NCBI GenBank assembly: GCA_965277415.1 | Contig: CBDICS010000081.1 | Span: 85,213 to 117,212 of the forward strand | DNA from: Saprospiraceae bacterium | GTDB taxonomy: Bacteria > Bacteroidota > Bacteroidia > Chitinophagales > Saprospiraceae | Direction: 5' to 3' | DNA length: 32,000 nucleotides | In this document: piece by piece, positions 1 through 8,286 of the stretch | Numbering within the stretch: position 1 is the stretch's first letter | How the letters are laid out: each line of letters starts with the position of its first letter | Translations under genes and position numbers: made by a program | Notes under the pieces: generated by a model | The model's database searches: none | Told to the model about the DNA's origin: nothing | The model's input: the letters and a program-made list of their open reading frames with translations, nothing else

Positions 1-966
1 GTAAGTAGTCCCAGGTGTTCCAGCAGGTGTAAAACCAGCATCATTAAATAAAACGTTCTCAACAAGTGAGTCAGCTTCAACAGTACCATAAATGAGATCC
101 TCACTATAGACAGCAGCACTAGTAGCGTCATCTACAATAGTAAGATTAAGTGTTACGCCAGTTTGATCTTGGAAGCCAATATTCTCGATATCTGCTAAGA
201 ATCCAAATTGTTCCACCTGGCTTGCAGGAGTCTGAGCATTAGGTGCAATTGCAAAAAAGTTATTATTAACTCTCAAGTCAAAAGCTGCGATGAATAGAGA
301 CGTTGGATCAGCATCATATAATTCCAAATCATCAATCAACCAGTAATATTCATAATTACCAATCCATTGCCATTGAAGATAAACAGTAGAAGAACCAGCT
401 GCAACAGAAGAAATATCTACCAAAGAAATATCAGGATTAAGTGACCATCTAATAGAGCCTGGTTCATTCCCTGTATTTCCAGCCGCGATATCAAATAGAT
501 TGAAAGAGGTCCAGTTCATGTTATCTGTACTTACTCTAAGAACAACATTGTCAGTTGTTGCAGTACCAAAAACACCAACAAGATGTTCTGATTTTACCCA
601 AACGTCTGTTTGTCCAGAACAATCAATAGCGGTTGAAGTCAAACGAATATCATGGTCAGCAGCACCTAATCCATCTGAATCCATATAAACAAATCCATTA
701 TCTGCTGTAGCAGCTGAAAAATTCATATCATGCTGATTTGAATAAGTTGACCAGTTAAGAATACATGGATTAGTTGCACTTGGGTCATCACACCAGCCCC
801 ATACAGCTGCAGTACCATTAGCAGCTTCACTAGTCCAACCAGTAGGTAAATCTGAAACAGAAGAAAAGTCTTCATTCCAAAAAACAGTTTGTGCACTTGC
901 TACATTGATAGCAAAAATGGCTGCACAGGCCATTAGTAATACTTTTGTAAATGTTGCCTTCATCAT
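1..966 (-). CDS. Secreted protein of unknown function, N-terminal 322 aa only (gene continues beyond window start); paralog of the two neighbouring T9SS cargo genes
   Basis: Hand translation of the minus strand from ATGATG at 966-961 is open to position 1. It is absent from the ORF track because it has no stop in the window. Sequence: MMKATFTKVLLMACAAIFAINVASAQ (signal peptide) TVFWNEDFSSVSDLPTGWTSE...NYEYYWLIDDLELYD...FFAIAPNAQTPASQVEQFGFLADIENIG...LNLTIVDDATSAAVYSEDLIYGTVEADSLVEN. The last ~110 aa align by eye with aa ~365-470 of the 795-aa ORF. Confidence 0.8.
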   Translation of the reverse strand, partial: MMKATFTKVLLMACAAIFAINVASAQTVFWNEDFSSVSDLPTGWTSEAANGTAAVWGWCDDPSATNPCILNWSTYSNQHDMNFSAATADNGFVYMDSDGLGAADHDIRLTSTAIDCSGQTDVWVKSEHLVGVFGTATTDNVVLRVSTDNMNWTSFNLFDIAAGNTGNEPGSIRWSLNPDISLVDISSVAAGSSTVYLQWQWIGNYEYYWLIDDLELYDADPTSLFIAAFDLRVNNNFFAIAPNAQTPASQVEQFGFLADIENIGFQDQTGVTLNLTIVDDATSAAVYSEDLIYGTVEADSLVENVLFNDAGFTPAGTPGTTY

Positions 967-999
967 CTAATTATTTAAGTTAATTAAAAAGGAATTGGA

Positions 1000-1007
1000 C
1001 AAAAATA
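1000..1007 (-). promoter_or_regulatory. Candidate Bacteroidota -7 promoter box (TATTTTTG on the minus strand, fits TAnnTTTG) ~33 nt upstream of the ATG at 966
   Basis: Plus-strand CAAAAATA at 1000-1007 reads TATTTTTG on the coding strand. It lies between the upstream gene's terminator hairpin and the start codon. No convincing -33 TTTG partner seen. Confidence 0.3.
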
Positions 1008-1066
1008 AGGAATTTTTAATGTTCGGCTAATTTCTGCTATTCCCAATTTCATACATTATGGAAAAA

Positions 1067-1090
1067 CCTCCCGAAGATGTCCTCGGGAGG
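1067..1090 (-). terminator. Rho-independent terminator of the 795-aa gene
   Basis: 8-bp GC-rich stem CCTCCCGA (1067-1074) / TCGGGAGG (1083-1090) with an 8-nt loop. On the minus strand the stem is followed by TTTTT (plus-strand GAAAAA 1061-1066). It sits 30 nt after the stop at 1120. Confidence 0.7.
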
Positions 1091-1119
1091 TCTTTTGATT
1101 TTTGAATATTAATTCAAAA

Positions 1120-3507
1120 TTATCTTTGAATAATAAAGCGTTTAGTTCTTGCTCCTTCTTCTGTAATGAAGTTAAGAAGGTAAGTACCAGCCGCTAGATT
1201 ACTAACATTATAGTTGTAAGTCTCTTTTGAAACATTATTATAGATTCTGTCTAAGACTACTTTTCCTGTAGCATCCATAATACGTACTTCAACTTGCTCT
1301 TGTGTATTGATTAGATCAACATTAAGGTTGATAAAATCGCTAGCAGGATTTGGAGACACAGCTATTAGATTGCCTGCTGCCAATTCATCAACATTGATCG
1401 TTTCTTCTTGAGCGATTTGAAGACGAACTGAAGGAACGACTGTTCCTGTAAAACCAGCAGCACTATATGGCTCAGAACTCAAATCACCAGAAATACCCAA
1501 CATTTCTGCTGGACGATATGGTTTTTGAAAATCAGGATCAGTAATAACACTTGGATTAGATCTCAAAGTTTGAGCTGCATAATCCCAAGGCTCTGCTCCA
1601 AGCATAACAAAATCATCTGTACCACTCGTAATGTATTCCACCATTACTACATAGTCATTTCCAGATAGAATTGGAACCAATACACCATCATCACCACTTG
1701 GGAATATCTTAAGTGGAACATTGATCAAATCAGTCGTCGTCTCAAATCCAGTGATTTCATAATTAGCAAATCCAACAGGTGTTCTTTCATCTGGATCCAT
1801 ATTACCATCCAGGTTTAAATCTTCTGTCCATTCGTAAAGGAAAATAGTCAAAATGGTACCGATAAGTTCTTCACCATTACCTACTCCAAAGTCAACAGAT
1901 TCAGCAAACCACTGATTATCAGGATCTGGAGCATCAGAACCATTTACAATGTGATAGAAATTACCATATGCCCAACTATGAGGCTCTCCTTCATCCCAAT
2001 TTGCTCCAGCTGGAACAATTGTACGAGTAACACCCATTTCTTTAGCAAATACAGTATCAGTCACCATAAATTGGAAAGAACGTTCATTATTACTTGGGTC
2101 AAAGTCTACACTATCAGAAGAGATAGAGTAAGTACCCGTATAGCTAGTAACAGTCCCATCAGGCTCAAAACAATCTAGAAAAGGTTGGTTTTCTACTAGA
2201 GAATCAGCAGGAACATTACCATAAGCTAAATCAGATGAATGCACTATTGTGCCGTCAGCATCATCAACAATAGTCATATTCAAAACCGTATTTGGTTGTT
2301 CAGTAGCTCCGATATTAGCAATATCAGCTAAGAAACTAAATTCTTCTACTTGACTTGAAGGCCACATCGCATTAGGCGCAATGCCATAGAAGTTCTCCAT
2401 TACTACCAAATTGTTATTTTCTGGCTCGATCAATTGAACATCATCAATTAACCAGTAATAAAAACCACCACTAAAGGTAAATTTAATTCTGATCTGAGAT
2501 TCACCTGCTAATTCAGGAAGGAAAAATCTTTGTTCATGTGGAACTGGAGATAAAGCGTTAGCTGCTATTTCTGGTGCGACTTCTTCTTCAGGAGACCAAG
2601 TCCCGCCACCATCTATACTATAAGAGAAAGATGCATTACCATTAAGGGGGGCATAAGCATGATAAAATTTGAGAGAAACGGATTCAAAATCAGTTCCATC
2701 TATTATAGGTGAAATCAATTCCCCTACTAATTGTGGATATGGAGGACCTGGAGGTGGCCCAAAAACTGTATTCATAGAATCTGCATCAAAAACTGCAGCT
2801 CCATTATAAGAAGTTGGAGAAGAAATAGTAGTTGATCTGAATGAACCATTAGAGCAAGAACATGCTTTATATTGCCAAAGAGCAGTATCTCCAGTAATAC
2901 TCTGGATAGTCCAGTCATTTAGTCCACCGTCAAAGTCACCTTCTCCAGGATTAGCACCCCAGATCACTACATCACTTGATGGAGGTTCCCAATAAGAACA
3001 GATTCTGAATGTACCAGAATTGTCTGTAGGTGATCCACCTGACCATACCCGTACATAATAAGTAGAGCTAGGAGCAAGGTTACCGGTGAAAATTTTGATT
3101 TCATCAAGTGTAGCATCAGCACTAGAAAAACAGGCAAGCGGAACTTCGTCAATTCCACAGCCAGCATAAAAAGCCATTCCTACAGCTGGTACATCACCTG
3201 CTTGATTTCCAAAAAATGTTTTTACGATTAATGCTCCTTCAGGAACAACAGCAGGAGTGGTAACAGAGTACCAAACATCATCGGCAAACCAAGAACCAGA
3301 ACATACATTTGCTGGAGTAGTAGAAGCTGTTCCTGCAAGGGTTGTACCTTCCGTAGTTGTACAGTCATTTTCATCAAGGCCAATTGTCAGAGCTACAGCA
3401 GCGGCACAATCATCATTTGCTGGTTGTGCGAATGCGGGAGCTGAAAACAATAGCGCCAAAATGCTAAATAGAATAGAGATTTTAGGCATTGTCAAATTTG
3501 TCTTCAT
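1120..3507 (-). CDS. Large secreted T9SS cargo protein, function unknown (multi-domain)
   Basis: 795-aa ORF. Signal peptide ...LLFSAPAFA/QP. Cys-containing N-terminal module ANDDCAAAV...GTFRICSY. Central beta-sandwich-like region ending GGFYYWLIDDVQL. Conserved module FYGIAPNAMWPSSQVE...GEPHSWAYGNFY...NMDPDER...TDLINVPL. The last ~80 aa (AVSPNPASDFINLNVDL...GTYLLNFITEEGARTKRFIIQR) fit the T9SS type A (Por) C-terminal sorting domain pattern. Confidence 0.85.
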   Translation of the reverse strand: MKTNLTMPKISILFSILALLFSAPAFAQPANDDCAAAVALTIGLDENDCTTTEGTTLAGTASTTPANVCSGSWFADDVWYSVTTPAVVPEGALIVKTFFGNQAGDVPAVGMAFYAGCGIDEVPLACFSSADATLDEIKIFTGNLAPSSTYYVRVWSGGSPTDNSGTFRICSYWEPPSSDVVIWGANPGEGDFDGGLNDWTIQSITGDTALWQYKACSCSNGSFRSTTISSPTSYNGAAVFDADSMNTVFGPPPGPPYPQLVGELISPIIDGTDFESVSLKFYHAYAPLNGNASFSYSIDGGGTWSPEEEVAPEIAANALSPVPHEQRFFLPELAGESQIRIKFTFSGGFYYWLIDDVQLIEPENNNLVVMENFYGIAPNAMWPSSQVEEFSFLADIANIGATEQPNTVLNMTIVDDADGTIVHSSDLAYGNVPADSLVENQPFLDCFEPDGTVTSYTGTYSISSDSVDFDPSNNERSFQFMVTDTVFAKEMGVTRTIVPAGANWDEGEPHSWAYGNFYHIVNGSDAPDPDNQWFAESVDFGVGNGEELIGTILTIFLYEWTEDLNLDGNMDPDERTPVGFANYEITGFETTTDLINVPLKIFPSGDDGVLVPILSGNDYVVMVEYITSGTDDFVMLGAEPWDYAAQTLRSNPSVITDPDFQKPYRPAEMLGISGDLSSEPYSAAGFTGTVVPSVRLQIAQEETINVDELAAGNLIAVSPNPASDFINLNVDLINTQEQVEVRIMDATGKVVLDRIYNNVSKETYNYNVSNLAAGTYLLNFITEEGARTKRFIIQR

Positions 3508-3661
3508 AATTATCTTTTTTAATAAAGTTTAATTGAAATAAGAGGAAGCGTAAAATTAAGAAAAATGGTGATATTTTATGATAATAAACCTTGTTATGTT
3601 TGATGTTGGCAAATTAGACAAAAAACTGTCTCCATATTTACATTATATCAAACCTATTTCA

Positions 3662-5125
3662 TTACTTTTTAACGTTAAAAGGGGCTGATATGGCTGTTCC
3701 ATTGGTTTTAAAAACTACAAAATAAACCCCATTTGTATAGTGGCTTACATCTATTTGAGTATTTTGACCTGAATTGAAATCAATTTTCTTTTCTTGAATT
3801 AATCGACCTAATAGGTCATAAACAAGTAATGTCCCTTGTTTTGCTGTATTCATCTTGGGTATTTCAATATTTAAAATGCCACTACTCGGATTAGGGGAAA
3901 GAAAGAGTTGATCATCTGATGATACCAATTCATTTGAGAGGTTTGAAAGAGTAGATGTTAGTACTAATCGGGCAACAGGTGCAATATGTCTCCCAAAGCC
4001 TACAGAGCTATACGATTCAACACTTAAATCTCCTCCGATTCCAAGCATCTGTGCATATCTTGGAGTACCGACTTCGATTGAGAAAGCAACTTGAGCAGAG
4101 TAATCAAATTCATCACTTGTAGAGAAAAAAATAGTGTTTTGTGTATTCGGCGTAACATATTCGAGCATCAAGACATATGCTGTACCACTTTCTAATTCAA
4201 TAGGTCCCGGTTCGTTTGAAGGAAATTTACTTAAAGGGATATTGATCAGATCGGTTGGTGATTCAGTTCCAATAATCTCATAATTGTTAAATCCTACAAT
4301 CTCTCTTTCATCTGGATCCATATTGGAATCACTATTCGTATCCACCCATTTATACAAAAAAATACTAAGAAGTGTATTTGAAATAGCTGGATCATCCGCA
4401 TTGCCAATACTGAAAACAGCTGATTTTGCACTTGCGGCGTCTCCATCCGCTATATAATAATAATTGCCATAAGCCCAGCTATGGGGTTCACCTATGGGCC
4501 AATTTCCACCTGCTGGCGATAGAATCTGTGTAGCTCCTGTCTCTTTTGAGAAGATAGAATCAATAGTTGAATAGGTAAAAGATTGTTGATTGTTAGAAAG
4601 GTCAGGGTCTGGACAGTCAGATGTTATAGTGTATGTACCGATATAATCGACTTGAGATTCACTAGGCGTATAACAATCTGGAAACAGTATAGTATTGATT
4701 ACCCCTGTAGAAAGAGTATCCCCTAAGCTTATAGAGTCTGTGAAGCTTATAGATCCATCTAATACATTTTTAATTTCAATACCTAGAACGATATTATTGC
4801 CTATGGAACCTCCTTGCGCAAGAAAATCAGTCCCGAAATAAAAACATTCGACTTGGCTTGCTGGCCACATGGCATTCGGTGCAATAGCATAAAAATTCGA
4901 TGCAATCTCTAAATCTGAATTTCTATTCTGGTTAGCACCTGGCCTGGAAGGATTTGTTTGAATACCTTCTATAGGATAGCTAATATAAGGGACTGTTTGG
5001 GCAAATGAATGATTTGTGATAAAGATTAGACTTAGAATAGGGAGTACCTTAAAATATGTTTTTACAGGTTGGAAGGTAAAATTTAGATTGGTTTTGAATA
5101 TTCGAGTTAATAGATTTGTTTTCAT
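3662..5125 (-). CDS. Secreted T9SS cargo protein, shorter paralog of the 795-aa neighbour
   Basis: 487-aa ORF with a hydrophobic leader ending ...NHSFAQ. It shares FYAIAPNAMWPASQVE, GEPHSWAYGNYYY, NMDPDERE and TDLINIPL blocks with aa ~370-700 of the 795-aa protein. C-terminal LSPNPSSGILNIEIP...GVYFVVFKTNG... is a T9SS sorting domain. Both proteins start MKTNL. Confidence 0.85.
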   Translation of the reverse strand: MKTNLLTRIFKTNLNFTFQPVKTYFKVLPILSLIFITNHSFAQTVPYISYPIEGIQTNPSRPGANQNRNSDLEIASNFYAIAPNAMWPASQVECFYFGTDFLAQGGSIGNNIVLGIEIKNVLDGSISFTDSISLGDTLSTGVINTILFPDCYTPSESQVDYIGTYTITSDCPDPDLSNNQQSFTYSTIDSIFSKETGATQILSPAGGNWPIGEPHSWAYGNYYYIADGDAASAKSAVFSIGNADDPAISNTLLSIFLYKWVDTNSDSNMDPDEREIVGFNNYEIIGTESPTDLINIPLSKFPSNEPGPIELESGTAYVLMLEYVTPNTQNTIFFSTSDEFDYSAQVAFSIEVGTPRYAQMLGIGGDLSVESYSSVGFGRHIAPVARLVLTSTLSNLSNELVSSDDQLFLSPNPSSGILNIEIPKMNTAKQGTLLVYDLLGRLIQEKKIDFNSGQNTQIDVSHYTNGVYFVVFKTNGTAISAPFNVKK

Positions 5126-5636
5126 AATAAATTTTGTTTAGTAATTAATTGATTTTCATTGTTTTGAATATAGCCTACTAAAAGCTATAATATTTCATTT
5201 GATAGTTATTTATTTGTTTCTAATAGGAAGAATTAACCCAATATTGTGACTCTTAAGAATCAGAACTAGCCTGATGCTTAAACCTCAGAAATTAAGTTTT
5301 ATAGAGTTGTTTTTTTTAAGTGAGTGAACTTGCTTAAAAATGGCTGCTATTACGAGCAACAGATATTTTGCATCAAGACGAGACTTTAAAATCGCTGCAT
5401 AGCAGGGCTACATGAGATTTTTAAAACGAAGTATTGAAGCAAAAGATCGTTTCGTAGTTTAAACAACTTCAGTATATAATTGCAGTAACCAAATGAAATA
5501 GAAAGGGAATGATTGCCCCAATACCTATTTCTTCATTCTGTAGAAGTGGTCATCCAAATATTATTAATTATCAGACAAAAAAATGTAAACTAGTATGCAA
5601 TTTATGAGCTAAGGCATACCATAAAGATTGGAAAAG

Positions 5637-6632
5637 TCAGGTTTTAGAACTGAAAAGTAACTGTTTATACTCTTGAAGTAATTGTGTTTTATTGACAGGG
5701 ACTACACCTACTTTTTCACATACTTGACCTCCGGCAAGGTTTGCAAGAATGGCAATGTCTTGCAAATTTAATTGCAGAGCAATGCCTAATGCAGCAATAC
5801 TGATAACGGTATCTCCTGCACCACAAACATCTGCGATATTTCGAGCCTGAGTAGGAAGAATAGACTGATTAATACCATCATCAATAAAAATTCCTTTGTC
5901 AGAGAGTGTAACCATTGTATGCAAATGTTGGCATTTAGACCGTAAATATTGTGAAGCCTCACTTAAAGAATTCGTATTTGATTTTACATCCAATGGTAGA
6001 GCATCTTGTATTTCTTTTAGGTTGGGTTTGAATAAAGTGGCTTGTTTAAACTCCAGAAAATTATGCAATTTAGGATCAACAACAGTTGGAATACTTCGTT
6101 CTTTTGCTTCTCTTAATACTTGTTGGATAACATTTAAACTCAAGACTCCTTTATTATAGTCCTGAAATAGGATAACATGGATAGAGTGCTCTGTTAGGAT
6201 CCTTTTAATATTGAAAAGCAGTGATTCTTCTTCTTCTGAATGGAGGGCAAAAGTATCTTCCTGATCGATTCTCAATAAATGTTGATTGGCGGCTAAGATA
6301 CGAGTTTTGACTGTAGTGCATCTTTTTTCAGATAGTATGATACCCTTTTGATCTATTTCTTCGGATGGAAGCAGGTTTATAAAAGTCTGAGCATTATCAT
6401 CCTTACCTATTACACTGCAAAGGAAGGGCTTGGCGCCCATTGCTTTTATATTCAGGGCTACATTTGCAGCGCCACCTAAACGGTTCTCAGTAGTATTTAA
6501 ACGAATGATTGGCACGGGAGCTTCTGGTGAAATCCGATCTACCTTACCAGTCAAATAACGGTCTACCATTACATCACCAACAATAAGGATATTCAGATGA
6601 TTTATCTTGTCGAAAACTTCTTGTGGATTCAC
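5637..6632 (-). CDS. rfaE: PfkB-family sugar kinase, RfaE/HldE domain I-like (D-glycero-beta-D-manno-heptose-7-phosphate kinase family)
   Basis: 331 aa. The N-terminus ILIVGDVMVDRYLTGKVDRISPEAPVPIIRL..ENRLGGAANVALNIKAMG is the characteristic HldE kinase-domain signature. The C-terminal DVCGAGDT is the pfkB motif. No adenylyltransferase domain is attached. Confidence 0.8.
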   Translation of the reverse strand: MNPQEVFDKINHLNILIVGDVMVDRYLTGKVDRISPEAPVPIIRLNTTENRLGGAANVALNIKAMGAKPFLCSVIGKDDNAQTFINLLPSEEIDQKGIILSEKRCTTVKTRILAANQHLLRIDQEDTFALHSEEEESLLFNIKRILTEHSIHVILFQDYNKGVLSLNVIQQVLREAKERSIPTVVDPKLHNFLEFKQATLFKPNLKEIQDALPLDVKSNTNSLSEASQYLRSKCQHLHTMVTLSDKGIFIDDGINQSILPTQARNIADVCGAGDTVISIAALGIALQLNLQDIAILANLAGGQVCEKVGVVPVNKTQLLQEYKQLLFSSKT

Positions 6633-6713
6633 AGCGGAAAATTAAGAAAAATCAAATGAAATTGATAAAAGAGGGATAGAAAAAGCGAAATCCTCACCTA
6701 GATAATCACATAC

Positions 6714-7472
6714 CTAGTAAAACCACCTCGCCCTTTTCCCTCGCGTATCAAAATGCAAAACATTCGCATCACTTTTATATTTTCCGAGCCCGCCACTATT
6801 TTTAATAATTTCTTTATCTAATAAATCAAAAACAAGAATGGCATCTTTAGCATCTGCTGAACCATCCCCATTGATATCATATATTTGAATGTCAATAGCA
6901 TCTCCAAATTGATGACGACTGCATATTTTTCCGCCTACAATTTCATTATATATTGGTGTTCTAAAGCTTGAATTTATGCTGAATTGATCGCCACGATAAC
7001 CTTTCTCTTCTAATTTTTTCTTTAGCGATAACATTTTTAAAAGGATGCGTTTGTCAATTAAGAGGTATTGAGTTTTATCTAAATGTGGAAAACCAAAAGA
7101 ATTAGCTAAAAAAGGACTGCCAGATAAAAAGTCAAGCACCCGAAAATCTGCTACCAAATATTTATAACGATCAAACCAATTTATTTTTAGAAACCTCCTT
7201 TTTTTATATAAAGCAGATTTTTGAATAGAATAGCATGTCTTATCCTCTTTAGAAACTAGATCCTGTTTTTTTTGATCCGGGAGTTGATCATAATCAACCA
7301 TCTCAAAAGAATTGAATTGGGATTCTAATTCTTCCCTAGTTTCTATTGTTTTTTGCTGTGTGAACAAATCATAAATGTAACCTAATTGGGGATCGAACAA
7401 CCAAAGCATCCAGTATATAGAAACAAAAAAGCAAGTGTAAAAAATAAGTATCTTGAACCGATTAAAAGACAT
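6714..7472 (-). CDS. Membrane-anchored peptidase M15A family protein (YcbK/MepK-like zinc D,D- or L,D-peptidase fold)
   Basis: SINSSFRTPIYNEIVGGKICSRHQFGDAIDI ... VLHFDTRG matches the M15A S-x-H-x-x-G-x-A-x-D ... H-x-D metal-binding pattern. N-terminal TM segment FKILIFYTCFFVSIYWMLWLF. I prefer the ATG at 7472 (MSFNRF...), 1 nt after the upstream stop, over the track's 7529 start, which would overlap the upstream gene by 56 nt. Confidence 0.75.
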   Translation of the reverse strand: MSFNRFKILIFYTCFFVSIYWMLWLFDPQLGYIYDLFTQQKTIETREELESQFNSFEMVDYDQLPDQKKQDLVSKEDKTCYSIQKSALYKKRRFLKINWFDRYKYLVADFRVLDFLSGSPFLANSFGFPHLDKTQYLLIDKRILLKMLSLKKKLEEKGYRGDQFSINSSFRTPIYNEIVGGKICSRHQFGDAIDIQIYDINGDGSADAKDAILVFDLLDKEIIKNSGGLGKYKSDANVLHFDTRGKRARWFY

Positions 7473-7473
7473 A

Positions 7474-8286
7474 TTATGGATTGAATTTAATAAGATCAAG
7501 TGCCACCTTAAATTTCTTATTGGGTTCAACAGGAATAACTAAAGGCGCACTATTGATTGGTTCTCTTGTAAAGATAGCACACATCGTATTCGAAACATGG
7601 TATAAGTTTTTATGAAAATGTTTTGGCGTACCATCTAAAATTCCAGCCATCACTTCAGGTCTGATTTTTTCTGGAGAATATGCATAATCATGCCACACAA
7701 TGATACTTTCATCATGTAAAAGGTGTAGGAAGACCTTTTCTGTATCATTTTTAATATAATCGTAATGGTGATCTCCATCAATGAAAATTAGGTCAAATTT
7801 TTTGTTTAAACCCGAAAAATCAAAGGTCTTGGAATCGCCATAAACATAGTGGATATTATCTCGCTCTCCTGAAAAGAAGCCATGTAGCTTTGCGTACAGA
7901 CGGCTTTGATCCATTGCTTCTAAGGTTTCTTTAGGTAAGTTAAGTGTATAGCAATCCGCACCAGTATCAGCAACATTAACTACACTTTCTCCTCTCCATG
8001 TCCCAATTTCAAAATAAGTACAATCTTTTTTCTTTTTACTTAAGCCTTTTAATAAAGCCAAATCAGTAGGAAGAGAACCACCGCCAAGAAAAGCAAAGGT
8101 TTCCAGCGTCTCGGTAGTGTTTGGCAATAGATCAGCAAAATCAACAACTGGTAATGTGGAATCAATTTGATAGCGTCTGTTTATCATTTCCATCCAAACC
8201 TCATCGTCATTAATAATTCGATTGAGTAACCAAGGGTTTTTGATGATTCTCAAAATTGCTTTAAAAGCTTTTAATAGTTTTATCAT
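7474..8286 (-). CDS. Class I SAM-dependent methyltransferase (Methyltransf_24-like)
   Basis: 270 aa. Motif I-like FEIGTWRGES, and DLIFIDGDHHYDYIKNDTEKVF typical of this O-methyltransferase-like family. Its ATG overlaps the waaA stop (ATGA at 8283-8286). Confidence 0.75.
   Translation of the reverse strand: MIKLLKAFKAILRIIKNPWLLNRIINDDEVWMEMINRRYQIDSTLPVVDFADLLPNTTETLETFAFLGGGSLPTDLALLKGLSKKKKDCTYFEIGTWRGESVVNVADTGADCYTLNLPKETLEAMDQSRLYAKLHGFFSGERDNIHYVYGDSKTFDFSGLNKKFDLIFIDGDHHYDYIKNDTEKVFLHLLHDESIIVWHDYAYSPEKIRPEVMAGILDGTPKHFHKNLYHVSNTMCAIFTREPINSAPLVIPVEPNKKFKVALDLIKFNP

Noticed and set aside
1-5125. Diversity-generating retroelement or phase-variable shufflon acting on the three T9SS paralogs
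   Set aside because: There is no reverse transcriptase or recombinase gene nearby. There is no near-identical template/variable repeat pair: the conserved blocks differ at many positions of all kinds, not adenine-specific. No flanking inverted repeats were found in the upstream spacers.
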